Origin: the human T2T-CHM13v2.0 reference genome, Homo sapiens
Length of the DNA: 64,000 nt
Assembly: GCF_009914755.1 (NCBI RefSeq)
Contig: NC_060936.1
Reading direction: 5' to 3' (one strand)
Part shown: in pieces, positions 47,390 to 63,667 of the stretch
Numbering within the stretch: the first letter of the stretch is position 1
Layout: each line of letters opens with the position of its first letter
The notes under the pieces: model-generated
Database searches by the model: none
Seen by the model: only the letters and a program-made list of their open reading frames with translations
Told to the model about the DNA's origin: nothing
Translations under genes and position numbers: made by a program

Positions 47390-48061
47390 GCCCAGAAAGG
47401 TGGGACATCATGAATTTGGGGAATCTGGTTTTCTAGGTCATAGGCAGATTCCAAGATTTCCTGATTGGCAGTTGGTTGAAAGAGTTAAGCTTTGCCTAAA
47501 GAGTTGAAGGCAACAGAAAGAAATGTTTGAGTTAAGATAAAAAGGGTTGTGGAAGCCAAGGTTCTTGTTATTTAGATGAAGCCTCTAATTAACAGGCTTC
47601 AGAGAGAATAGATCTTGTCTCTTGTCAACTTTAAGTGGTGTCAGACTGTCTGGTAAAGAACTAGTAAAGGAAGGAGATTTTATAAAGAATGCAAATTTCC
47701 ACCACAAGAGATGGCTTTACAGGGTCATTTCAAAATATGCCAAAGAAAGTATATTTGGGGGTAAAATACTTGATTTTTTCAGGGCCTGCTATCTGTCATG
47801 TGATGCTATACCAGAGTCATGTTGGAGCTGGGTATCTTATTGCTACATAGAGTCTATTTTGTCAGTCTTATTATCTCTATTTTAATGTTAATGCAAGTCA
47901 GTTGTGCCTAAACTCCAACAAGAAGAGGGTATAACGAGTCATGACAAACCCACACTTCCTGTCATAGCCTGAACTGGTTTCTCAGGTTTCTTTGGGATCC
48001 CTTTGGCCAAGAGGGGAGTCCATTCATTGGTTGGAAGGCTTAGAGTTTTATTTGGTTTACA
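47390..48061 (-). mobile_element. Truncated MER4-family LTR (MER4D/E-like)
   Basis: Homologous to 14430-15123; ends ggcttagagttttatttggtttaca. Confidence 0.85.
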
Positions 48062-48905
48062 GAGACCAGCCTGGACAATGTAGCAACTAACTGTCTCTAC
48101 AAAATATATAGATTAAAAAATTAGCCAGGCGTTACGGTGAAACAGCAGGGATGGGACTGGGCTCCACTCCTACTATTTTTGTATTTAGTATTTTGGTATT
48201 TAGTGAGTATTTTTCCACACATACTCACTAACCACCAGACCTGGCACTACCCCATTGTCACCATACCTGCTGATCACAAGACCTTAAAAACTATGTGAGA
48301 AAACTAAGATAAGAAGCATTGCACCATAAATCTTACTCAAGGGAATTAACCCTATTGCCCTCATGTATATAAGTCCAGGAAAATGATAGATCTTAATCTC
48401 TTGCCTCATTATAATAAAATCCTCACCCTAGGAGGGGCTTTTCTGCCATTATTCGATCTTGTGATGTACATACTAACATGACTTCCCACTGCATCTGTGC
48501 ACCCTGCACTCTGCCCTGCAAATGTAATGATGCTCACATACCTCATGTTTATTCCTGTCACCCTTCCTAAAACACCACGAAGACCTGTCCTCAGAGAGCC
48601 AGCCAGAGAACTCTTGCTCTTATGCTGTCTCCCTTGTGCTTGAGCATAAGTCTTAATAAAGCCTTGTCTGGGAAACTTTCTGAGCCTCATATCAATTTTT
48701 ATTGCATACAAGCCTAAGAAACAGTGGTTGATTAACAGTAGTGCAGGCCTGGAACTACAGTGACTCTAGACACTGAGGTGGGAGGATCACTTGAGCCCAG
48801 GAATTTAAAGCTACCATGAATTATAATCCCACCACTGCACTCCAGCCTGGGTGACATAATGAGACCCTGTTTCTTACAAAAAAAAAAAAAAGAAGAAGAA
48901 AAAAA
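48062..48905 (+). mobile_element. 5'-truncated AluJ split by an LTR (parts 48062-48137 and 48738-48905)
   Basis: gagaccagcctggacaa...ttagccaggc, then right arm gaggtgggaggatcacttgagcccagg and poly(A). Confidence 0.85.
48138..48737 (+). mobile_element. ERV1 solo LTR (MER66-like)
   Basis: TG...CA ends, AATAAA at ~48655, U5-like gccttgtctgggaaac...tcaatttttattgcat...taaca; subfamily uncertain. Confidence 0.65.
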
Positions 48906-49274
48906 CTGTGATAGACTCCTGTGATTGGTGATTATGCTGTATAGAGGAATATTTTATGGGAAGAAAAAAATTGTTAACCTTATTTTTGTCAAAATAAATT
49001 CTGCCTATATTAGGTATTTAAAAAATATATACTACCAGAATAGGTACCAAAATATCAGTGTTGTCTCTGGCAGTGAATGATTTTTCTTCCTTTTCTTAAA
49101 AAAATAATTTGTATTTTAAATATTTCATACAATGAAACAAGTATTACTTTTATAGTGTCAAAAATTGTTCTAAATGGAATTCTACAATAATGACCTGATA
49201 TGTGGGGTGTTAAAGAATGGGGTTGGGTAGTCAGTCTTTAGGGGGCTGCAGTCTGAGTCGACCCTCTCCTGGTT

Positions 49275-49436
49275 TTAGCTCTTGAAGGTGTGAAGAATGA
49301 TTCTCTAGAGCCTATCTCATGTTTGGTCAATACCATCCTGAAAAAAGGTTGACATAGATACTAGCACCTAGTTTGCCCCTACTTCCTTGCTGAGCCAAAT
49401 GATCAGTAGATTCCTCAAAGCTCTGGTCTCAAAGCC
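49275..49436 (-). pseudogene. Paralogous copy of the last exon of the 34531-37112 relic
   Basis: Collinear with 34531-34689 (roughly 70% by eye); GFETRALRNLLIIWLSKEVG...FQDGIDQT*DRL*RIILHTFKS*; acceptor AG mutated to GG. Confidence 0.75.
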
Positions 49437-49460
49437 CCAGAAAGAAAGAAATGCCTTTTC

Positions 49461-49690
49461 TTGTTTTTATTATTTTTTTTAGAGACAGGGTCTCACTTTG
49501 TTGCCCAGGCTGGAGTACAATGTCATGATCATGGCTCACTGCAGCTTTTAACAACTGGGCTCAAGAAATACTCCCACCTCAGCCCCCTGAGTAGCTAGGA
49601 CTACAGGCACACCACCACATCCAGCTAATTTTTTAGTTTTTGTAGAGATGGGGTCTCACTATGTTGCCCATGCTGTTATCAAACTCCTAC
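49461..49690 (-). mobile_element. AluJ lacking its 5' end, abutting an L1
   Basis: gagacagggtctcact...tgatcatggctcactgcagc...tcaaactcct. Confidence 0.9.
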
Positions 49691-49698
49691 GCCTGGTG

Positions 49699-54331
<4,633 letters not shown>

Positions 54332-54354
54332 TTTCAAGGAGCCCTTGAAATCAC

Positions 54355-54613
54355 TGGGTTGGTTTTCTAGGGCTCCTGTAATAACATGCCACAAATGGCT
54401 AGCTTAATACAACAGAAATTTATTTTCTCACAGATGTGAACTCTGGAAGTACAAAGTCCAGATGTTAGCAGGATTAGTTTCTACTGGAGGCTTTGAGAGA
54501 GATTCTGTTCCATGGCTCTCTCCTGGATCCTGGTGGTTCTTGGCAACCCTTGGTGTCCCTTACCTTGTAGATACACCACTCCAATCTCTGCCTCCACTTT
54601 TACATGACACATT

Positions 54614-54651
<38 letters not shown>

Positions 54652-54791
54652 TGTTTTCTTAAGAACAGCAAATATTGGATTTGGGAGGGCCCACTCTAAT
54701 CCACTATGAACTTCCCTTAGTTTGGTTACATCTACAAAGACCCTGTTTGCAAACAAGGTCACATTCGAGGTTCTGAGTGGACATGAATTTG
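54355..54791 (-). mobile_element. MLT1 (B/C-like) solo LTR containing a (GT)n tract at ~54619-54647
   Basis: gcttaatacaacagaaatttattttctcacag...ccactccaatctctgcctcc...aaggtcacattc. Confidence 0.85.
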
Positions 54792-55004
54792 TCAACTCAG
54801 TTGGGAATGGACCAGTCCGAGGGCAAGATAAGATGTGGAACTAAGCAGGAAGGTTGAGTGCAGAGTTTTGAGGAAAGTGTAGTCAGGGCGAAGATCTAAG
54901 CAACATTGTTCTACTCCTTTGGAGGAGAAATTTTTCCTTCTTTTAGCTTCCTTCAGCCACTGCTGTGACCACCTCATCCCAATTCCTCTCTGCTCCTTCA
55001 TAGT

Positions 55005-55210
55005 CCTTAAAGGTTAGAAGTATGGGCTCTGCACTTCTGTGTCCTGCATTTCTAGATCCTGGTTCTCTGGTTGGCCATGTGCCCTCAGAGACTTATTTCC
55101 CTCTACTTCAGTTTTCTCTGGGAAAAAGGGATGACAACAATACCAGGTTTATACAGCCATTTTGATAACTGAGCAATGTAATGTTTATAAAGTGCTTGTC
55201 TCAAAGGAGT
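55005..55210 (+). mobile_element. MIR
   Basis: ggttagaagtatgggctctg...cttcagttttct...aatgtttataaagtgctt. Confidence 0.6.
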
Positions 55211-55820
55211 AAAGTATGGATTCAGGTAACTTGCCTATTTTTGAGTTGTCTTTTTATTGATTTGACTTACTTTATGCTAATGTCAAGTGATACTTTGGCC
55301 TTCTCTTTAATTTCTATATTTTATTTACCCCACTGCCTCTTACAGATGGTACAATGGGTAGAAAGTCCAGATTGTGTCCAGAAACGCAGCCAATCCTGTA
55401 TATTGAGGAGGGTGAATTGAGTTCCTTGATTGGGTCAGTAGTTGTAGTTTCCCACATGCCAGGACATGGTCTCTAGCAATGCCCCACAATGGTAGCTGCA
55501 GCATTCACTCAAACAAGATGGTGATGTCATGACATGAAATGGTCTTTCCTGGCTGTGGTCTAGTGTTTGCAACTGGTATCATCTGGTTCTGGCATTTGTT
55601 GCTCACACTAACGTATCAATGATAGGCCTATATATCATCCTTTGGTCAAGTGAAGGCCCAGTTGATTCCTGGTCTCATTGGATGGTACATTACAGGGCAT
55701 GGCACTACATCCAGGACATGCTCAGAGTGGCTTACTACCCTTCAATCTTAGTAAAGTCAAACCCTCTGAGCCTCAGTTTCTTCATCTATAAATGGGGATG
55801 ATATCTACCTCTTAAGACTG

Positions 55821-56506
<686 letters not shown>

Positions 56507-56819
56507 AAATACATAACACAGTATTTTGAGGACTGCGGAACATAGATCATGCTCTGAAGATGGTAGCACTTTTGATGTGGGTCATAGTGGAGGTCAAGAA
56601 GGTTGTAGCAAATCAGGCTGATGAAGGAAAATCTGAACAGACAAGAGGACAAAGGTAAAACCCCTATCTTTGGAGAAGGACTGAACGTCAACACCAGACC
56701 CCCTACTTGGCAGCATCCATGTTTTGCTGCACTTCTATTTATACTTGAATTCACTGTTTAATAATTATCTCTGGTTTTCTTTCCTTGATGCCACCTTCTC
56801 CCTCCCTTCCTACTTTCAG

Positions 56820-57745
56820 TCAGCCACCAGATGTGCCTTACCTGCCTTCCCCACTATCTGATTAGTTCAGACCTCCGTCTTTGATGGCTTGGATTTGAAC
56901 AGTAGCTTCCTGCTTTATCCAGTCCAATCCACTCTCACACTACAGACAGGCTGATTGTGTAAAATGTAGACTAGATCCTGTCACTTTCCTACTTGAAGGG
57001 TTTCAGTGACTACCTATGATTAAGACAAACCCAAATTTGATAACAGGTTCACAGGGCCAACATTGTCTGCTCTAGCTCCTGCATTTCGCTCTGCCTGAGT
57101 GCTTGCCAACCCCACCTTTTTATCCTCTGACCCAGATGTCTCTGGGTCTCTGCCCATGCTGCTCTGCCTGCTCCTGTCTGCTCCCACACTCTTATACGTA
57201 TACAACAAACACTTATTGAGATATACTCTATGCTAGTCACTGAAGATTTAGAGCTAAATGAGTACATACCATGTTTTCACATTTTTTTACCATACTTTAC
57301 ATAATCATTTCCTTGAAATTGCTTTTTGAGTTAAACACAAATTGAGCCAGGTGTTTGTCTTCATAGAAATTTTAGCTCTAAAGAATTTATGGTAGATTAT
57401 AATATGATCTACAGTATCAAACTATAAAATGTAAAGTATCAGGAAATAAAAAGAAATATATCATGAACCTAGTCCAAGACTCACTTTTCAGAGCTCAGGT
57501 TCCAAGCCACACAATCTGGAAACCTTTTTTTGGAGGTTGGGTGGGATCTAGCCCGTGTGCTCACAGGTGCCTGTTCCCCCTCTGCTGACAGTTATTCCAC
57601 TAAGCTGAAGTTGCCTGTAGTCTCCCACATTAGACACTAAGCTCTGGGAGGCAGGGCGGCTGTGTCTGCAGTCTTGTTGTATCCCCAGCACCCAGCACAG
57701 CACCTGACACATGGTAGATGTTCAATACATGTTGGCTGAATTAAT
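56820..57745 (+). mobile_element. L2 3' portion, interrupted by a 275-bp duplicated segment
   Basis: ctagatcctgtcactt...; 3' end gtatccccagcacccagcacagcacctgacacatggtagatgttcaatacatgttggctgaat. Confidence 0.75.
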
Positions 57746-57771
57746 TATTGTTTTAAAATCATTTTTAATAT

Positions 57772-58238
57772 TTGTGCATGTATGTTCACAACAGGCTTAT
57801 TTACAATAGCTAAAAGATGGAAACAACCCAAGAGCTCACTGATGGATGAATGGATAAACATAGTGTGCTACGGATATAAGTGAAAATTATTTAGCCTTAG
57901 AAAGGAAAGAAACTCTAGCACACACTGCAACATAGAGGAACCTTGAGGATATTATGCTAAGTGAATTAAGCCAGGCACTAAAGGAGAAACACTGTATAAT
58001 TCCTTTTATATGAGCTTCCTAGACTCATCAAATTCATGGAGATAGAGAGTTAAACAATGTTTGCCAAAGGCTAAGGGGAAGAGAGAATGGGGAGCTCATG
58101 TTTAATAGGTAGAGAGTTTCAGTTTGGGAAGGTGAGAATGTTCTAGAGGCATATGGTGGTGAATGCCATAGATCTGTAAACTTAAAAATGGGTAAGATGG
58201 TAAATTGTATGTTATGTGTATTTTACCACAATAAAAAT
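57772..58238 (+). mobile_element. L1MB 3' end
   Basis: ttatttacaatagctaaaagatggaaacaaccca...ttatgtgtattttaccacaataaaa. Confidence 0.88.
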
Positions 58239-58616
58239 GACCACACTGAAAATCTTGCTTATGATATTCCAAGTGAAAAAAATAAAACCTCCAGGTAGTA
58301 CTGTAGAGAGAGAGAAATGGATCAGTGGGGTGTCTCCTGGTGACTGTGATCAAGATTCAGGAACCCGTGGTGGGCAGATCAGGTAAAGGCTCCCGCCTTA
58401 GGCTCATTGCCTCTGGACAGCCTCAGGTAACCCTCACACCTGCTCCAGACACTGCTGCTCATTTTTTAGTTTATTTCAATTGAGCTATTTAAAATGAACA
58501 CTCAGGTTTACAGAAAACTCTACCCTTAGAGTATACTCACTAGGCTGTCTGCTAAGCAGGAGTGCATTGAAATAGGTTTCTCTGTAACTTCAGGAATAAA
58601 ACATCATTAAAGCACC

Positions 58617-59100
58617 AGCAGCAGACTGTTTCCAAAAATGACAATATCTCTGTCTCCCACCTTGCAGGATTTTTGCAAGGAGAGCTTGTCTTTCCTCCCA
58701 TCAAGTGGTGGCATCTCTTTCTCTTCCCCTGAGTCTGAGATTACAGAAATGATGTTGTGTAGGCTTCCAAGGCAATGTCATGACGATGTTTATGCTCTCT
58801 AGGGGAGCCAGATGCATGTGATGAAGAAGCTTAAGGTAAAAGACTGAATGAAGAGGCAGCACATGCGGTGAGGGAGGCCATGTGGGAGGCTGAACACTTG
58901 CTGTGTGAATGGCCTTCCAGTTCAGCCCAGCTGCCGTCCACCATGATTTCATGAGACACCCAGCCTGATGCCACGTGGGACAGAGCAGGCCAACCAGGTC
59001 CTGCCCAGACCCAGAGAATCATTGGGTCATAATAATCATTGTTGTTCTAAGTCATAAGGTTTTGAAATGGCTTGATTTGCAGCAATATATAACCAAAACC
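58617..59100 (+). mobile_element. MLT1 (G/H-like) solo LTR
   Basis: cagactgtttccaaaaatg...cctcccatcaag...ttgttgttctaagtcataaggttttg...gcagcaatatataacc. Confidence 0.75.
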
Positions 59101-60509
59101 ATATCTTCTGCCAAATTAAGCATGAAGAGTGTAGAATTGTATTATAGAGAGCTCTAGTGCAGTGCCCCCTCCAGTTTATATTCACTGTAATACTATTAAA
59201 TAAAAAGGGAAGAAATCCACCTACAGCTCCCTCATCCCAATGATTCACTTATTTTCCTTTTTTCGTTTCTAGCCTGTGGTGGTGGGCATACATAGATAAG
59301 CAACGCTGTGGTTATCAAGTACATAGCATTTTGTAGCTTTTCCTCTCAGCTTTATAGCATTCATTTGCACGCTCAACAAACACTTATTGAGATCTACTCT
59401 ATGCTAGTCACTGAGGATTTAGAGCTAAATGAGTACATACCATGTTTTCACATTTTTTTTTACCATACTTTACATAATCATTTCCTTGAAATTGCTTTTT
59501 GAGTTAAACACAAATTGAGCCAGGTGTTTGTCTTTGTAGAAATTTTAACTCTAAAGAATTTATGGTAGATTATAATATGATCTATAGTATCAAACCGTAA
59601 AATGTAAAGTATCAGGAAATAAAAAGAAATATATTATTAACCTAGTCCAATAGAATTACTCTAAATATGAAGCACTGAGATTTCAGCCAAGACAAACATA
59701 CAGTGAATTATTCTCATTGCTTGATTAAAGCAAGCACATCATTCTCCTAATTGAAATGAAGATTCTGACCTCACCAAATGGGAGGAGTGGAAGGTGACTC
59801 CAAGGTGGGGAGGTGGAGGCAGCGCGTGTGGGCAGGTGTCTGCTCTTCAAAGGGCTTGACTGTGAAGAGGACAGAGTGTGTTGTGGATAGGGACGGTCAG
59901 AAAGGAGGCACTGTTCGGATGCTGATGGCAAGGTCCCGTTAGAGAGGCAGTGACAGGATTCAGGGAGCAGAGGGGCTAAGCAGTGGGGCAGGGTCTCTGA
60001 GACGGCATGGGGATGGGATCGGGAACTCACAAGGGAAGACTGGCCTCCCCCCATGCGAAGGGTCGCTGCCCTTCTGCCTTGTGACAAGAGGGAAGAAAGA
60101 TAAACACAGATGAAAATAGGTTAGTGGATTTGGAAGGAAAACGAAGGTGTTTCCTGGCTGACAATGTCTATTTTTTTCCATTTAAAGTAGGAGATGAAGG
60201 GGAGTGCGGGACAGAGCAGTTGGAGGTTTGAAAGGGATAGAAAATGTTCCCAAGCTCCTTTTGTTGGATCTGCTGATGATCTATGCCGAGTTCAGACGGT
60301 TGGAAATCTGAATTCTGGAGCGGACTGAAAGAAAAGATAGATTGGGCCATGAGTATCCCCAGGGCCTTGGCCCAATCTTCAGAGCAGGCTCCTGAACCCC
60401 AGGAAAAGCTGCCATCTAAACTGCTGTAGACTTGGGCTGCAGGTTCTCCAGCACCTGCTTTTCTGAGACTGGTGATTCATGAAGACCCTGGAGACAGGCA
60501 GAGGGCACA

Positions 60510-60720
60510 GCCAATGGCACCGCTCCAGAAGAGTCTGAGGGATGGAGAGGCAGTGGGCGGGACGAAGATTTCCGTTGTGCGTTTCCATTGGGCGCGAGGC
60601 CTCATGGGATGGGAGGGAACCTGCGAAGCTCAGAACCGCGGCAGTGGGCCGGAGACTCAGCGGGCCAGGCAAGATCCAGTCCCAGAGAAAAGGGACAGTA
60701 GGGCCGTGTGGTGTCCAAAG
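60510..60720. promoter_or_regulatory. Small CpG-rich promoter-like patch
   Basis: About 13 CpGs in 60540-60720 against a CpG-poor background; GC box GGGCGG at 60555; CCAAT at 60511 and reverse CCAAT at 60587. Confidence 0.5.
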
Positions 60721-60945
60721 GTGGACAGCCTTCATCAGAGGCTGAAACCTAGAGGGAGGAAGAACCACATCGTGGGAACACAAGGAGGGATATGGAGCTG
60801 AGAGCAGTGATGGGTCTAAACTTGAGCAGACTTCTTGGCAGCCATTCTCCCTATCTGACTCCAAATTTTCCGGCTTTCCTTCCCTCCTAGGTGCTGTCAC
60901 AGTTCTTCTGGTCTGAGTGTGTGACTCTCCTGAGAGTCGGAGGAG

Positions 60946-61200
60946 ATGGCTGCACGAGCAGTGGCTGGACCCATCCCTGTGCTGTGCTTGGGCGTTGACA
61001 AATCTGCTGCTACTTTAGTCGGTAGCAGTGGTTTGGCAGTGATTTGCCTTAATTGCCATATGCGGGGCAGTGGTGCATGTGGTCAGCATCCCCCAACTCA
61101 CATCCATGAAGATTTCTGGTGCCATGGCAACATCCCCTACTGCTTTGAACGTGAAGACCTTCAGCCATTTTCGATTCACCCCAAATCTGAAGATCTTTAG
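60946..61200 (+). CDS. Candidate 84-aa Cys/His-rich small ORF, unverified
   Basis: Good Kozak context (gagATGG) 55 nt after a strong acceptor at 60890; no recognisable homology. Confidence 0.15.
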   Translation: MAARAVAGPIPVLCLGVDKSAATLVGSSGLAVICLNCHMRGSGACGQHPPTHIHEDFWCHGNIPYCFEREDLQPFSIHPKSEDL

Positions 61201-61826
61201 CCATGTCTGGTCCAACTCCCTTGTGTTTGCAAGTCCAAACAACAGGTCTCAGCAGGGAGCCCCAAAGAGTGGTAGACCTGGTAGACCTGGGCTGGCTGCA
61301 GCATACCTCAAGATAGATGGGTCAGTTCTGGGAGTAAGGCAGGATTCTAAGTACAGTGAAATTTAGTGGTTTGTTTCCACTGAACCTCATCCTCTCCTAG
61401 TGGGACTGGCCACACCATCCTCTTCCCATTGGGACTCATCCAGATTTATTTAGTCCTCGCTGGAGACTCAAGTGAGGTGTTAAGACTGAGCCCACACCTA
61501 GGAGCTTGGGGAATCCCACAGGGCAGAACCAAGGTAAACCTACCCGGCAAGTCTAGCAAAGAATTTTCCTTTCGAGAAGAATTATCTTCTCTATATTTAG
61601 GATTAGTGCTGGAGAAGCCAGAGTACAATTAAATAAATCTCAAGCTCTTAGTTCTAAGATTCTGAAAACTCTTCCAGATTTGAAGATACTGAAGGAAAGC
61701 TGAATGTCACAGTCTTCTGGTGATGACCAAATTACATAATCTGTGTGAAAGAGCTCTGCAATGTTATCAACTGTATGCCATCCACCCATAGACACTCTTA
61801 GCATCACTATATATAGAGAAAACTAG

Positions 61827-62134
<308 letters not shown>

Positions 62135-62284
62135 GCAAATGTTTATTTTTTAAACGAGAAAACCAACTAAGGTAATCAGGAGTAGGCCCTGTCCCAGAGA
62201 CAATATTTAGAGGAATACAAACATCATAATGCGAGGGAGAAAAGACTTTAAGAAGGGTGTTGTTCCTCCCAAACTTCAATCAGT

Positions 62285-63031
62285 TCAAAACTTGAAACTT
62301 GAAAGGCCTGTTAACAGGTAATGGTAGATACTGTACATGAAGAAACCTGAGCAGAAGAGGATTGTCACACAGGACAAGGTGAAGAGGGTGTAGACGGACA
62401 TCTGCTTCCCCATGATTGCCTGTATAAGGCAGAGATAGGGGCTAGGGAAGCCATGGGTGCTGCAGTGGATGCTGGGTTGGCTCACCATAAGCAGGCGCTG
62501 AAACAGAAGGAACAGAAACACCCACCAGCTGCCATCCTGCAGGAGGAAGTAAAGGAGGTACAAAAGCAAGAGCATCTGAAAGTTCAGGATGGATTTCTTC
62601 GGAAAAGTGATGTGTTCCTGCATCACCACCACGGAGCCACCCTCCTCTTCACCTACTCCCAACTCCACTGACTTCCCCTTGACCTGTTTTTGGTGAAGCT
62701 GAGCCATGAAGAATTCCATAAGGAAGAGGAGGCCTATGAAGATAAAGATAAAGAAGTACAAAGTTCCTGTTATAGAATCGTAAAACCTTTTTTTTTTTCA
62801 AAACACACATTTGGAGAGGGGCAAAGATGGGGATTAGAATGATGACATTGCAAAGAAAGTATCATCAGTCACCTCATCCTGTACTATGTATATTCACTCC
62901 AAAAGTAATTTAAGTGCCTATCCTGTGCCTGAGGGTTGGGATCCTTCCAGGGATTCTGCGTGAGATGTACAGCAGGGGGCACCCAGGAACCCTGCCTTGC
63001 TGGATACTCTCTGTGCTGCCGAAGTGAACAT
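62285..63031 (-). pseudogene. Divergent connexin-like (4TM) single-exon pseudogene, ~248 codons
   Basis: Open 3' part encodes TM2, loop, TM3 (LLLLY), E2 C-x4-[F]-x5-C...GK and TM4; frameshifted 5' part gives PGRI, LKLLL, QDE and C...C...NVCFEK; stops and an A11 frameshift at 62788-62798. Confidence 0.7.
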
Positions 63032-63102
63032 GATATTCCCAGATCACCTAGTTGAATGTATTTGGGATTTTCCTCTAGTGTAGTCTTGGTCCTGAGGCTG
63101 AC

Positions 63103-63667
63103 TGTGCCATAAAGACCACAGGATCACACCCAGCGATTTTATGCTTCCTGTGTCCATGCCTTTGTCCAATCCTTTCCTTTTGAGTGCAGGCAGAGACTGT
63201 GACTTGCTTCTAACCAATAGGATATGGCAAAGGATGTCATTTCTGTGTTCTCAGTATGTTATGTAGAAGTCCACTTAAGCAGACTAGAGCAAAAGACTCT
63301 CCCTCGCTGGCTTTGAAGAAGTAAGTTGCCATGTCATGAGAAGGCCAATGGCAAGGAATTTCATGCAGCTTCTTAGAGCTGAGAGTTATCACCAGCTAAC
63401 AGCCAGGAGAAAAATGGGGACCATGGTCATACAACTGCAAAGGAATTGACTTCAGCCAATAACTTTAATGAACTTTGAAGTGAATTCTTCCCCAGTCAAG
63501 CCTGCAGATGAGTATACAGCCTAGTGTATACCTTCATTATTGCTTGGTGAAACCATGGACAAAGGACCCATGCTTTGTCTTCCATATCAACTGTGAGATG
63601 ATATATGAGTTGTTACAAGATGCTAAGTTTTTGGAAATTTGTTACACAGCATTGGAAAATTAATGCA
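63103..63667 (+). mobile_element. MLT1E-like solo LTR
   Basis: TG...CA; gactgtgacttgcttctaaccaatag, gctggctttgaagaagtaag; perfect TSD CTGAC at 63098-63102 and 63668-63672. Confidence 0.88.

Larger units (their letters stand above)
57203..59650 (+). repeat. Direct dispersed duplication: 57203-57477 and 59374-59650
   Basis: About 10 substitutions plus a 2-nt T-run indel over 275 bp (~96% identity). Confidence 0.97.
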
